From Chiloscyllium plagiosum (Eukaryota): 44,582 bases of DNA. Of the stretch, positions 10,150 through 21,715 are shown piece by piece (positions within the stretch are counted from its first letter, which is position 1; the number at the start of each line of letters is the position of its first letter). Position numbers and translations under genes: made by a program. Below the pieces are notes generated by a model, which had not been told where the DNA came from, ran no database searches, and saw nothing but the letters and a program-made list of their open reading frames with translations. The DNA lies in NCBI RefSeq assembly GCF_004010195.1, contig NC_057718.1, positions 34,206,384 to 34,250,965 of the forward strand. The letters are read 5' to 3'.

Positions 10150-12702
10150 TAAATTAAACTGAATTATTTCAATGCAAGGGGTCTAACAGGGAAGGCAGAT
10201 AAACTCAGGGCGTGGTAGGAACATGGGACTGGGATATCATAGCAATTACGGAAACATGGCTCAGAGATGGGCAGGACTGGCAGCTTAATGTTCCAGGATA
10301 CAAATGCTACAGGAAGGATAGAAAGGGAGGCAAGAGAGGAGGGGGTGTGGCATTTTTGATAAGGGATAGCATTACAGTTGTGCTGAGGGAGGATATTCCT
10401 CCATCCAGGGAAATTATTTGGGTGGAACTGAGAAATAAGAAAGGGATGATCACCTTATTGGGATTATATTATAGACCCCCCAATAGTAAGAGGGAAATTG
10501 AGAAACAAACTTGCAAGGAGATCTCAGCTATCTATAAAAATAATAGGGTAGTTATGGTAGGGGATTTTAACTTTCCAAACATCGACTGGGCCTGCCATAG
10601 TGTTAAAGGTTTAGATGGAGAGGAATTTCTTTAGTGTGTACAAGACAATTTTCTGATTCAGTATGTGGATGTACCTACTAGAGAAGGTGCAAAACTAGAC
10701 CTACTCTTGGGAACTAAGGCAGGGCACGTGACTGAGGTATCAGTGGGGGAGCACTTTGGGGCCAGTGACCATAATTCTATTTGTTTTAAAATAGTGATGG
10801 AAAAGGATAGACCAGATCTAAAAGTTGAAGTTCTAAATTGGAGAAAGGCCAATTTTGACGGGATTAGGCAAGAATTTTCGAAAGCTGATTGGAGGCAGAT
10901 GTTCACAGGTAAAGGGAGGGCTGGAAAATGGGAAGCCTTCAGAAATGAGAAAACAAGAATCCAGAGAAAGTCTATTCTTTTAAGGGTGAAAGGGAAGGCT
11001 GGTAACTATAGGGAATGCTGGATGNNNNNNNNNNNNNNNNNNNNNNNNNNNNNNNNNNNNNNNNNNNNNNNNNNNNNNNNNNNNNNNNNNNNNNNNNNNN
11101 NNNNNNNNNNNNNNNNNNNNNNNNNNNNNNNNNNNNNNNNNNNNNNNNNNNNNNNNNNNNNNNNNNNNNNNNNNNNNNNNNNNNNNNNNNNNNNNNNNNN
11201 NNNNNNNNNNNNNNNNNNNNNNNNNNNNNNNNNNNNNNNNNNNNNNNNNNNNNNNNNNNNNNNNNNNNNNNNNNNNNNNNNNNNNNNNNNNNNNNNNNNN
11301 NNNNNNNNNNNNNNNNNNNNNNNNNNNNNNNNNNNNNNNNNNNNNNNNNNNNNNNNNNNNNNNNNNNNNNNNNNNNNNNNNNNNNNNNNNNNNNNNNNNN
11401 NNNNNNNNNNNNNNNNNGGTGGGCAAGTTGTTGAAGGGAATCCTGAGGGACAGGATGTACATGTATTTGGAAAGGCAAGGACTGATTCGAGATAGTTAAC
11501 ATGGCTTTGTGCGTGGGAAATCATGTCTCACAAACTTGATTGAGTTTTTTGAAGAAGTAACAATGAAGATTGATGAGGGCAGAGCAGTAGATGTGATCTA
11601 TTTGGACTTCAGCAAGGCGTTGGACAAGGTTCCCCATGGGAGACTGATTAGCAAGGTTAGATCTCATGGAATACAGGGAGAACTAGCCACTTGGATACAG
11701 AACTGGCTCAAAGATAGAAGACACTGGATGGTGGTGGAGGGTTGTTTTTCAGACTGGAGGCCTGTGACCAGTGGAGTGCCACAAGGATTGGTGCTGGGTC
11801 CTTTACTTTTTGTCATTTACATAAATGATTTGAATGTGAGCATAAGAGGTACAGTTAGTAAGTTTGCAGATGACATCAAAATTGGAGGTGTAGTGGACAG
11901 CGAAGCGGGTTACCTCAGATTACAACAGGATCTGGACGAGATGGGCCAATGGGCTGAGAAGTGGCAGATGAAGTTTAATTCATATAAATGCAAGGTGCTG
12001 CATTTTGGGAAAGCAAATTTTAGCAGGACTTATCCACTTAATAGTAAGGTCCTAGGGAGTGTTGCTGAACAAAGAGACCTTAGAGTGCAGGTCCATAGCT
12101 CCTTGAAAGTGGAGTCGCAGGTAGATAGGATAGTGAAGAAGGCATTTAGTATGCTTTCCTTTATTGGTCAGAGTATTGAGTACAGGAGTTGGGAGGTCTT
12201 GTTGCAGTTGTACAGGACATTGGTTCGGCCACTGTTGGAATATTGCGTGCAATTCTGGTCTCCTTCCTATTGGAAAGATGTTGTGAAACTTGAAAGGGTT
12301 CAGAAAAGATTTACAAGGATGTTGCCAGGGTTGGAGGATCTGAACTACAGGGAGAGGATGAACAGGCTGGGGCTGTTTTCCCTGGAGCATCAGAGGCTGA
12401 GGGCAGACCTTAAAGAGGTTTACAAAATGATGAGGGGCATGGATAGGATAAATAGACAAAGTCTTTTCCCTGGGGTCAGGAAGTCCAGAACTAGAGGGCA
12501 TAGGTTTAGGGTGAGAGGGGAAAGATATAAAAGAGACCTAAGGGGCAACTTTTTCACACAGAGAGTGGTACGTGTATGGAATGAGCTGCCAGAGGAAGTG
12601 GTGGAGGCTGGTACAATTGCAACATTTAAGAGGCATGTGGATGGGTATATGAATAGGAAGGGTTTGGAGGGATATGGGTCAGGTGCTGGCAGGTGGGACT
12701 AG
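10150..12702 (+). pseudogene. CR1 ORF2 (apurinic endonuclease and reverse transcriptase), inactivated
   Basis: APE motifs YFNARG, IAITETWL, YRPP, GDFNFP, LDL, SDH; RT motifs YLDFSKA, GVPQG.VLGP.LF, FADD (11863-11874). In-frame stops at 10632-10634 (TAG) and 11497-11499 (TAA), plus a frameshift near 10212. Confidence 0.95.
11025..11417. other. Assembly gap (393 N) inside CR1 ORF2
   Basis: Run of N. Confidence 0.99.
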
Positions 12703-12784
12703 CAATTGGGTTGGGATATCTGGTCGGCATGGACGTGTTAGTCCGAAGGGTCTGTTTCCATGCTGTACGTCTCTATGACTCTAA

Positions 12785-14350
12785 GAACTTGGAGCAGATG
12801 TGGAACACACAATACCCATGCTTAGCCTGCCACCCAATATGATCATGGCTGATCTTCTGTCTCAACTTGACGTTTTTGCTCATTCTACATAGCCCGTGAT
12901 GTCTTCAGAGACCGAAATCTGGTTGTCTCAGCCTTGTCCATAGACAGTGATGGAATATCTACAACCCTCTGGAAAAGAGATTTCCAAGGACTTTGACCAT
13001 CTCAGAAATGTATTTCTCCCATATCAGTGCTAAATAATCAGTTCCTTATCTTGTGATTATGATCCCATGTTATAGGATCTCCAGGCATGGAGACAATCTC
13101 TTGGTGTCTACCCTGTCAAGCCCTTGCAGAATCCTGTATGTTTGAATGAGATAGTTATTCTTCTGAACTGCAGAGAACATAGCTCCAATGTATGAAGCCT
13201 TTTATATACTGACAGACTTTTCATCCTGGAACCAATCTAGCGAACCTTCAATGTATTGTATCTGAGGAAAATTTACATTACATTACATTACAGTGTGGAA
13301 ACAGGCCCTTCGGCCCAACAAGTCCACACTGACCCGCAACCCACCCATACATTTACCCCTTACCTAACACTACGGGCAATTTAGCATGGCCAATTCACCT
13401 GACCTGCACATCTTTGTGACTGTGGGAGGAAACTGGAGCACCCGGGGGAAACCCACGCAGACACGGGGAGAACGTGCAAACTCCACACAGTCAGTCGCCT
13501 GAGGTGAGAATTGAACCCGGGTCTCTGGCGCTATGAGGCAGCAGTGCTAACCACTGTGCCACCGTGCCGTATTGAGTTCAAAACTGCACAAAGTAATTCA
13601 GATGTGGTCTGTCTAAAACTCTATAATTTCAGCAAAACTCAGTACACTTCAATCCCTTTGCAATAAAGGCCAATGTATCATTTGCCTTCATAACTGCATG
13701 TTATATCTGCATGCTCTTTGTTCTTTGTATGTACAATCAAGCCTCTCTGAGCATTAACACTGAGAAATTTCACATCTTTGAAAAATATTATGCTTTTCTT
13801 TTCTAACTATTAGAGTAAATAGCCTCACACCTCATTACATTATACATAATCTGCCTTCTTGGTCTCCAGTCCCTTAACCTGTGCATGTCTCAATGTTATC
13901 TCTTTGTGACCTTCTCACAACTTACATTTCCACCTCAGTTTGTGTCACCTGCAAATTTGAATGCTGAATATTACCCCTGAATTTTCCATATTAGTCTTCA
14001 AACTCGGTTGTCAATAGCTAAGGTTCTATGTCTGACACTCATCACTCTACTAATTATATTCTTCCAACCTGAAATGCTTCATTGGTTCCTATTCTCTGCT
14101 TCCTATCTGTTAACTTCTACCCCTGCTAATTAATTGCCACCAAGTCTAAGAGACTTAATTTGCATTCTAACCTTTTGCATGACACCTCATCAAATGTCTT
14201 GTGAAAATCTAGGTTTGCTATTTGTATTAGCTCCACTATGAATTATATCTTTAAAAATTCTAAGAATCTGTTGAACACAATTTCCCTTTTGCAAAACCAT
14301 GTCGGCTCTCTTTGATCATATAATGACTGCCTAAGTGTATTGTTAAAGCT
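12785..14350 (-). mobile_element. Old CR1 LINE (tail to RT core), interrupted by an HE1 SINE
   Basis: Antisense tail GGAGCAGA...AATATGATCATGGCTGATCT; antisense KFAGDT near 13945-13960 and LDFHKTFDEV near 14180-14212. Confidence 0.82.
13273..13569 (-). mobile_element. HE1-type V-SINE (tRNA-derived), near complete
   Basis: A box TGGCACAGTGG (13551-13561), B box GGTTCAATTC (13508-13517), V-domain GTGTGGAGTTTGCACGTTCTCCCCGTGTCTGCGTGGGTTTCC, CR1-like tail GGGCCGAAGGGCCTGTTTCCACACTG and (TAATG)n end. Confidence 0.92.
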
Positions 14351-16904
14351 TTCTTGTCTATGAACACCCTCACATTACTTCCCTTGTATTTTGTACATGA
14401 ATCATACTTCATTAGGGTGCACATTCATTTCCAATTTTCAAAATTTCTGATTTAAATTTTCAGTTGAAATCCTTGCCATCTTGGCATTTTCTTATTTTAT
14501 ACGCACTTTCCTCAAGTGACCATGTACCAGTTTACTACATAAGTAGGGTAACTGTCTTAACATACTGGCAAGAAACATCTCTGATCCAGCACTGCCATTA
14601 TAAATATGCCAGACTGGGATTCACCAGTGCTTTGCTGATTTGCTCTTTGAGTAAACAGAAAATAAAAATCTAGCTATCCATCCAATCCCAATGGATTCTT
14701 ACTCTTGAGAGTTAGGTTAAAATGATCATCTTAATACCTATCTTATTCTCCTTCAGGTTGGATAGCATTTTATTTTTGCTGGTGCCCTTTGTACTGTTCC
14801 AGTAGAATTTGGACACATTAACTCTTCATCTCCAGATACCAAAAATCTCTTTGGAGCTATTCATTGCTACTTACATATGTCAAACCTCCTGTAGGAAACA
14901 GAATTGACTTTACTGTGCATCTTATCAGGACAATTATCAGTGTTTTGAAAATACATTCGTATTTTGACTTTTAGATTATTTGCCAATCTGTGGTGGAAAT
15001 TTCAGCTTTCATTCAAGAATATATTCTGAACACGTCATAGTGTATTTTGTACTTACCCAACTGTTATTAAAGGGGTGTGATGAGTAATGTTGAAAATGTA
15101 CTTTATTCAGAAACATTGACCGTAAATGTGTGGGCAATTAGATGTGACTATATGGGATATTTCACTGTAAAAGGCATGTTTGTTTTCTCATTCATTGCAG
15201 TGACGTCCACATAATTCTTATGTGGGAAATTTTCACAGGAACTGATAATATTAATGTAAAGAGGTTCCAAGGAGCTCCCCTCTTTGATAGTTTTAATACA
15301 CATCAATGCTTATAATTCGCTCAACATTACTAAATTCAAAATGCTCTTTCTGTTTTTGAGATTCTGTTGAGGAGCTTATTTCAGTGAAACAAATAGCATT
15401 TTTTTTGAATTTCTTAATGACAATAACTACATGACCTTGAGCTTCTTTGATTTCAATCTCGGTCAAATTGTTGATATTTCAGTGATGTTGTTCTGTAGCA
15501 AGTACTTCACAGGATTGAATATATTCCCCAATTAATTTACCCCCTTACCTACCCTTTGCTCTGCTCAACTTCAACCTTCATAAATAAGATTTTCAATCTG
15601 ACTCATTCAGAATAAATTTTCTCTCAAAGTTAATTTAAATTTAATGCTACTTGGCTCTTGACTTTGTAACTAGCAACCTGATAAATAGGTTCCTAAACTA
15701 CCTTGTTGAATTATTGAGCCAACTCTAGGTCGCCTTACTAACGAAAGAGCTATAAACAATTTGGATCATGCTAGCAGCTTTGCTGTAAATAACCCACATG
15801 GAAAAGGTGGATCATCAACTGAGGCATGTAGTGATGCATAACCTTTAGTCAGAAGCAAAATAAAAGTATGAATGTATGCCCTTTTACACTATTTCCATGT
15901 GAGTCCAAAAGGTATTATAATTGATATATTTCCACTTTCTCCGTTATCAGATATCTTCTGCCCCCACAGCAACGTTTTTAGCCATAGGTTGATTTGACCT
16001 GAGGTCACTTTGTTGTCATCATGATCAGTTGGCTGTGTGTACCCTTCTTGGACAGAGAAAATTAATTAGATTAATGATAGTGAATTAATTTATCTATTTT
16101 TAACATTCGTGATTTGAATTGCAGATCAGAATAATCTGTTAACCATTAGTGAATAGATATGTTTGCTATCCAAATTGTGTGTGTTGCACTGAATATGTAG
16201 CATAACTTGGATGCATTATATGAAAATCTGCTAACAGAACTGAAATTTTGATATTATTTTAAAATTAGAGGCAAGGAATCTAGAAAAAAAATTCATCTAA
16301 GGCCAAATCCTTGTTTGATAGAAAAGAAATTTATTTGGTCTGGATATCAATTGAATTGAACAGCTCGACAATCGTGCACAAAGTCTACCATCAGCACTAT
16401 CCAAATGATGTCAATGGATATGGAGGCCTCTTTGCACGCACATTTATGATTTAAAACAGACTGAGACAAATGAGTGTTAAGTAAACTTACTGACAGCCCT
16501 GCTAGCATCAGCATTCCATGCAGCTGCATGCTTAAGTCTTTATGACAGTGTGCATCTGGGAGATCTTAGCCTTATTACCCTAGCTGGAATAGTGATGGCT
16601 ACATTCAAGAGGAGGTTTTACATTAAAACTAACCATCTAATCTTCAGGTTTTTGTTTCTCTCTTATGGGCGCATTCTGGAATGTTACTAATCCTTTTACT
16701 ATTTACCGTTCCCATTTCTCACTATCCTTTTTTGAGGGTGCCAGGTGATCATTCTTCAAGTGTGACACCAATAAGTGTTCTTCTGGTTTGACCCCAACTA
16801 TAAGGAGTAATTGTTGCCCTTAGTGCTTTTGCCTCATGACATGGACTTGAAGGCAAACATTTCCAAACATAACAGCACCAATGCTTCATTTCATTACAAT
16901 AATA

Positions 16905-17410
16905 AAAAAAAGTTTAGCTTCTTGCTTTCAGAAAATACAATGTGAAGGATAAGGTGGTTATTGGCTTTTTGCTGATGGGACCTGGATTCAAATCAGGTTG
17001 ATATGAAGAATGCTGAAAATGTGTTGCTGGAAAAGCGCAGCAGGTCAGGCAGCATCCAGGGAACAGGAGAATCGACGTTTCGGGCATAAGCCTCATTGTC
17101 ATATAATTAATGATAGATACTAATATAATGTAAGCAAATGAAGTTGCAATTTAGTAACCCAAAAATAGAGCAAAAATATCAATGACCAGTTGCTGCCAAT
17201 TATGGAAATAAACTTGATCAGGTCAACACACAATTCTTTAAATAATGTCATGGGATTTCAAATGTTTACTGAAATTAGACAGGTAGAGATTTATGGCTCA
17301 TCCAAGGGACATCATCTATATCATTTCAGCACTATCACAGTACCAATATTAATACGTTAGCTCTAACAATCTACTCAAATTCTGGAATGATATTTAAATC
17401 TACATTTTCC
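16905..17410 (-). mobile_element. Very old Deu-domain (SacSINE1/AmnSINE-like) SINE remnant
   Basis: AATAATGTCATGGGATTTC...CTCATCCAAGGGAC...CAGCACTATCACAGTAC resembles the antisense Deu domain; heavily diverged, recognised from memory of the consensus. Confidence 0.5.
17012..17092 (-). mobile_element. Penelope-type short repeat (family A) with the 3' half of a hammerhead motif
   Basis: Minus strand reads GGCTTATGCCC-GAAAC-GTC-GATTCTCCTGTTCCCTGGATGCTGCCTGACCTGCTG. Confidence 0.75.
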
Positions 17411-18189
17411 TATGACCTACTGAAAAAGTGAAACCAGGATTGAGTTTTACTGCAATGCCACCCAGTGTGGAATCACACCACTGTTCAGGCTCATAAATGA
17501 AAAATGGCCATGAAAAGTTTCCGATGGCTTGTTGTCACCAGTAAGGATAAGTGACCAGTGGAAAAAGGTAAAAATAATTTTAGAGTGCAAACCCTCATTT
17601 ACTTCTGGTAAACATTTTTTGAACCTGTTTATTTTCTGTAAAAAGTTTAATCTGAAAATGATTTAATGAGGATGCCACATATCATCTTGTGTTACTGTTG
17701 TAACAAACTTAACTTGGAAAATTCAACTCCAGAAAACTGACATTGAAATTCTTTGTGAATATCATCAGTGGAAAGAAAAGAGTACAGAATGAGTATTAAC
17801 TTCTCAGTAAATGAAAAAGTTCATGCAATCAGACCCAATCAAGTCAGTTAATCCTTTTGCAATGATTTCTGGAATGTCAGACATTGCTAGGTCAAAATTT
17901 ATGTCGGCTCCATGTTGCGTTTTCCCAAGGGAAGGAGTGTACAAGACTTTAATGGAGCATCATTAAAAGAAATTGAATTACACACTGCAATCATTTTAAA
18001 ACAGCAAATTGCAGACATTAAAATCACCAGAGTCAAAAATGAGTCTTTCTTCATTATACTTTATTGTTTCACTGATAGAGTGACCAGTAACAAAACTCAA
18101 CATTTGTAATTTCAGTTAAGGAATCCAAAGTAAAGTATGATATGCTTGTGACTTTTATATTAAAATCAGGTTGGGTTGACAGTGGATTC

Positions 18190-18530
18190 TTTGCAGATAG
18201 GAACAGGAGTAGGATATTTTACAGGATGATTCTCTTCCTTCGCCATTCACTGAGGTCATCGCTGATCAGTGACCTAACTATATCTGTGTTTCTTCACATT
18301 TCAATTACAAAAAAAAACTTTCAATCTCTGATTTAAAATTTACATTTGACAATTTACAATCATTTTGTTTCAGTGTTTCTTCATTTCAATCCTCTATAAG
18401 ATCTGGTTCTAATTTTTTGGTTGTGGCTCTTCGTCTTATTTTCCCCAACTACTACAAATTGTTTGCTTTATCCAGCCTATCAGTTTCCCTTAATATTTCA
18501 CAAACTTCAATCAAATCACCTTTAATCCTT
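18190..18530 (-). mobile_element. Old CR1 3' fragment
   Basis: ATAGGAACAGGAGTAGG...CGCCATTCACTGAGGTCATCGCTGATC antisense tail; AAACTTCAATCAAATCACC downstream. Confidence 0.6.
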
Positions 18531-19059
18531 TAAATTATGTTTTATTATAATTAACCTGAACTTCTGTTTTTTTTTCTCTATGTGGCTTTTATTTTCATGT
18601 CTCGATGTTTTTGAAGCAAGGGGAGGATTAGCAGAAAAATGACTGTAGAATGGAAATTTGCAAAAACTTGAAACCTCTCACCAAATTTCCCTACCCCCAG
18701 GTAGGTTATAAACAGAATAACAATGGAGCTGAAAATCTGCTTATTCCATTAATATGAACTGGTGTCCCCACCTCAGCCAAAACAGACCTTGCTGGCCTGA
18801 TGACTCAGCAATTCCATTTTGACAACATGAACCATTAAGGGACAGTTTTAATTTCTTATCTGATTAAACAATACCACTGTAGACATATTTTTAAAATTCT
18901 CATTCCATCCCCATTTTCACAAGGTTTTTTATTATTTGAACTTGGCATGTGTATAATTTACATATGGGGAATAGTATGTTTGTCTTTGTACATGAACTAT
19001 TCACGATAGTATAGCATGCCACCCATTTTATAGTTAGAAATCCTACTCCACTAGCTATC

Positions 19060-19180
19060 GGAAAAGGAGCAGTGATCCAAAAACCTGTACTTTCAAATAA
19101 ACCTGTCGGACTATAATCTGGTGTTGTGTGATTTTTAATTTTGTCCACCCCAGTCCAAGACCAGCAGCTCCACATCATGG
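19060..19180 (+). mobile_element. Penelope-type short repeat (family B)
   Basis: AAACCTGTCGGACTATAATCTGGTGTTGTGTGATTTTTAA...CAGTCCAA...CTCCACATC matches 35720-35790 and the reverse complement of 35551-35630. Confidence 0.7.
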
Positions 19181-19444
19181 CTATCCATTTTATAGTTTGT
19201 GCCCATGGATAGGAAATATTCCCTAAACTAGAATTCACTAAATTTTGTTTCCTAAACTATACTTTTACAACCATATATGTCCATTGTTAACAGTACTGGC
19301 AATTATCTTGAAAGCAAATCCTGCAGGATTTCTTTGTGAAAAGTAGATTGGTAAGGAGAACAAACTCAGTTTCTACTTTGTTGGGAATTTTGTTGTTAAG
19401 TGCAAAGAATTGACCAATAATATAAATCTCCAGAAGCTATTAGT

Positions 19445-19790
19445 TTGTTAGTTCATTAACCAGAGTCCCTGGTTAATGCTGGGGATATATGGATTTGACT
19501 CTCATCAAGTTATATGTGAAATTTGAATTCAATAAAATGCAAAATTTTAAATAAAAGCTAGAGCAATGGTCATAAAAACACATCTGATTCACTAATTTTG
19601 GGAGGGAACATCTGCCATCCTTACCTGGGCTGGCTTACATATGACTCCACACTCATAAATGTGTGGTTGACTCTTTCCTGCCTCTGAAATGACTCAGAGA
19701 GCCAGTGGGATCAAGGACAGTTAGGGATGGATGACAAATGCTGGCCTTACTAGTGACACCCATATCCTATTTTAGAATAATCAAAAAGAA
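19445..19790 (+). mobile_element. tRNA-derived shark SINE (same family as 391-742)
   Basis: TTTGAATTCAATAAA...CATCTGATTCACTAAT...TCTGCCATCCTTACCTGGGCTGGCTTACATATGACTCCA...TTAGGGATGG...AAATGCTGGCC. Confidence 0.8.
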
Positions 19791-20094
19791 AACGCTTGTC
19801 TACGATTGACATGACTTTAGTTACAGAGTTCCAGTAAGTAATATTTTATGTGCAATTTTCTCTTCATGCAAGGAAAATTTAACAGTTTTTTGACTACCCT
19901 TTAGTTTACATTTCCTTGTGTTGGATTTATAATAATACTTAGATTAATGTCTGGTGGTTTGAATTTTACAGCTAGTTAGTGTAACTGCAATGGCAGTAAG
20001 AAAATACTTTGATTTTATTTCACTTTCTTAGCTGTTCAGAGAAGTGAAGACAAAAACTGGTAACCGCTTAAAACATTGCTTAGTTCATTTTCAA

Positions 20095-20545
20095 TAGGAA
20101 TACAGAAAAAGGTAACAGGAGTACGCCATTTGACACATTGAATCCATTGCACCATTCAACATGATTACAGCTGATTCATTGATGCCATACTCTCTCTCCA
20201 AATTTGATGCTTTCAGTCTCTTGCTATTTTTTTTTCTGAAACAAATTCAATGACTTGGCCTTCACAGACTTCTGTGACAGAGAATGACATAACTTCACCA
20301 CTCTCTGAGTGAACAAATGTCTCCTTCTTTCAGTCCAAAATGGCATAACCCTTACCCTGAGACCATGATACCTTATCTTGGACCTCCCAGTCGGAGTAAA
20401 CATCATCCCTGCATCCAGTCTGTACAGAAATGTCAGAAATCCCCTCTCATTCTCCAAGTCAACACAATCTCTCCTCATACAACAAACCTGCCATCTCAGG
20501 AATCGGTCTGGTTAACATTCGCTGCTCTCCTTCCAAGAAAAGTAT
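20095..20545 (-). mobile_element. Old CR1 3' fragment
   Basis: Minus ORF 20224-20478 contains LDAGMMF, RHLFTQRVVKLCHSL (NFFTQRVV.LWNSL-like) and ends in a CR1 tail. Confidence 0.85.
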
Positions 20546-21344
20546 ATCTTTTCTCTTCTTATGTAAGCATTCAATAAAATAATAAACATAGAAATTCCAA
20601 TTCACACTAAGCAGTAGTAGGAATGTATGGGCTGAATAAACAAGAAACCACGCAATGTTATTTTCTGCCAGATCATCTTCAAAATAACTGAGAATATGAA
20701 GGACAGCATGTTTTTTTTACCGTGGAGTAACCAGCTAAGCAATTTAATCATAAATACAAATCCCAGAGTGACTTGTGAGGTTTCAGTTGGATGAGATTGG
20801 TTAGTGGCACCACTACGCAGGAATGTGTGACTGGCTCCACATGGTTCTTATGTTTCAATAAAACTTATTTTATTCAGAATGATTGTCAAACATGATTCAT
20901 GGCCCCTGTGGTCCCCTTGAGTTTATTATAACAAAAAGCAGACAAGAACGGTGCATAGACATTCACTTGGAATTTTAGGGTTCAGTTCCACAATTCTTTG
21001 TACTGTACACAACTGGTTATTGAAGCAATACTTTGTTGAAGATTTTTATAAATATGTTTTTCCCCCACAGGATGAATTGAAGCAGAGTGAAGAGATTATT
21101 GATTATTCTTCAAGTTATAAATTCTGGGACCTTTCTGCAACTCACAAGGGAATTATGCATCTTTTCAACTGTTGTGGTTTCATTTTGTCTAAAGGAACAG
21201 TATTGCGGATATCTGAGGACACCACAGGAATGCCCAAAGTAGTCTTTGTACGGAAGACTCCCCTACTTACCACCTCACCAGGCCAGTTTCCTTTCAAATT
21301 CAGACACCTTCTGGAGTTCACTTTTGCAAACACATTCCATCAAA

Positions 21345-21715
21345 ATTTCTGGATGCCTGGTTTAAAGCCATATAAACCAAGAAAGCTCCAGATTTGATCT
21401 CGGTCTGCAACGAATTAACCAATCAGTGAAGTAGGAAGGCAACAATTTGCCTGAAGCTCTTCTGGGCAAATGCTCTTGCATTTGGTTGACAAGATCCATT
21501 TTCCTAATTCCTATTCAATAACTCCTGCTGTAGGCATATTTAAATGGAAAAAATGGCGAGGACTGGGTTGTGATGCCCTGTGTGGGTAAATAGCATGGTA
21601 GTATTCACTACTTAGATGCTCTTGGAAACTAGCCCACTGAGCAAAATGCTGGAGGCCTCCTGGGTTAACTGTAACCCAGTATGCGTCACTAATTTCAGAG
21701 GGAAAGGTCAAGGGA
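21345..21715 (+). mobile_element. Ancient tRNA-derived SINE, near complete but highly diverged
   Basis: AGCCATATAAACCAAGAAAGCTCCAGATTTGATCTCGGTCTG (degenerate B box) ... GGTTGTGATGCCC ... AACTGTAACCCAGTATGCGTCA; related pieces at 5300-5550, 17430-17560, 25040-25180 and 32500-32750. Confidence 0.55.

Larger units (their letters stand above)
9399..12783 (+). mobile_element. Near full-length, disabled CR1 LINE (ORF1 esterase, ORF2 APE and RT, 3' UTR ending CTATGACTCTA)
   Basis: Ordered ORF1, APE, RT and 3' UTR with a short-repeat tail; interrupted by the gap at 11025-11417. Confidence 0.96.

Noticed and set aside
8453..11524. Long ORFs of 139-347 aa spanning N runs
   Set aside because: Artefacts of translating assembly gaps.
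12052..12501. Antisense ORFs over CR1 (also 43611-43937, 44104-44433, 34155-34604, 35140-35640)
   Set aside because: Shadow frames of LINE sequence with no independent support.
11509..12702. Intact RT gene, retron or domesticated RT
   Set aside because: It is the post-stop remainder of CR1 ORF2, with upstream in-frame stops and a normal CR1 3' UTR.
14875..14888. ERGIC1 (RRFDIY) as identity of the RFDI microexon
   Set aside because: Only four residues match and no other ERGIC1 coding sequence is present.
20951..21397. 148-aa ORF with a good acceptor at 21070 (TTTTTCCCCCACAG|GATGAA)
   Set aside because: No recognisable protein, no convincing donor, and the frame runs into a SINE; not supportable without RNA data.
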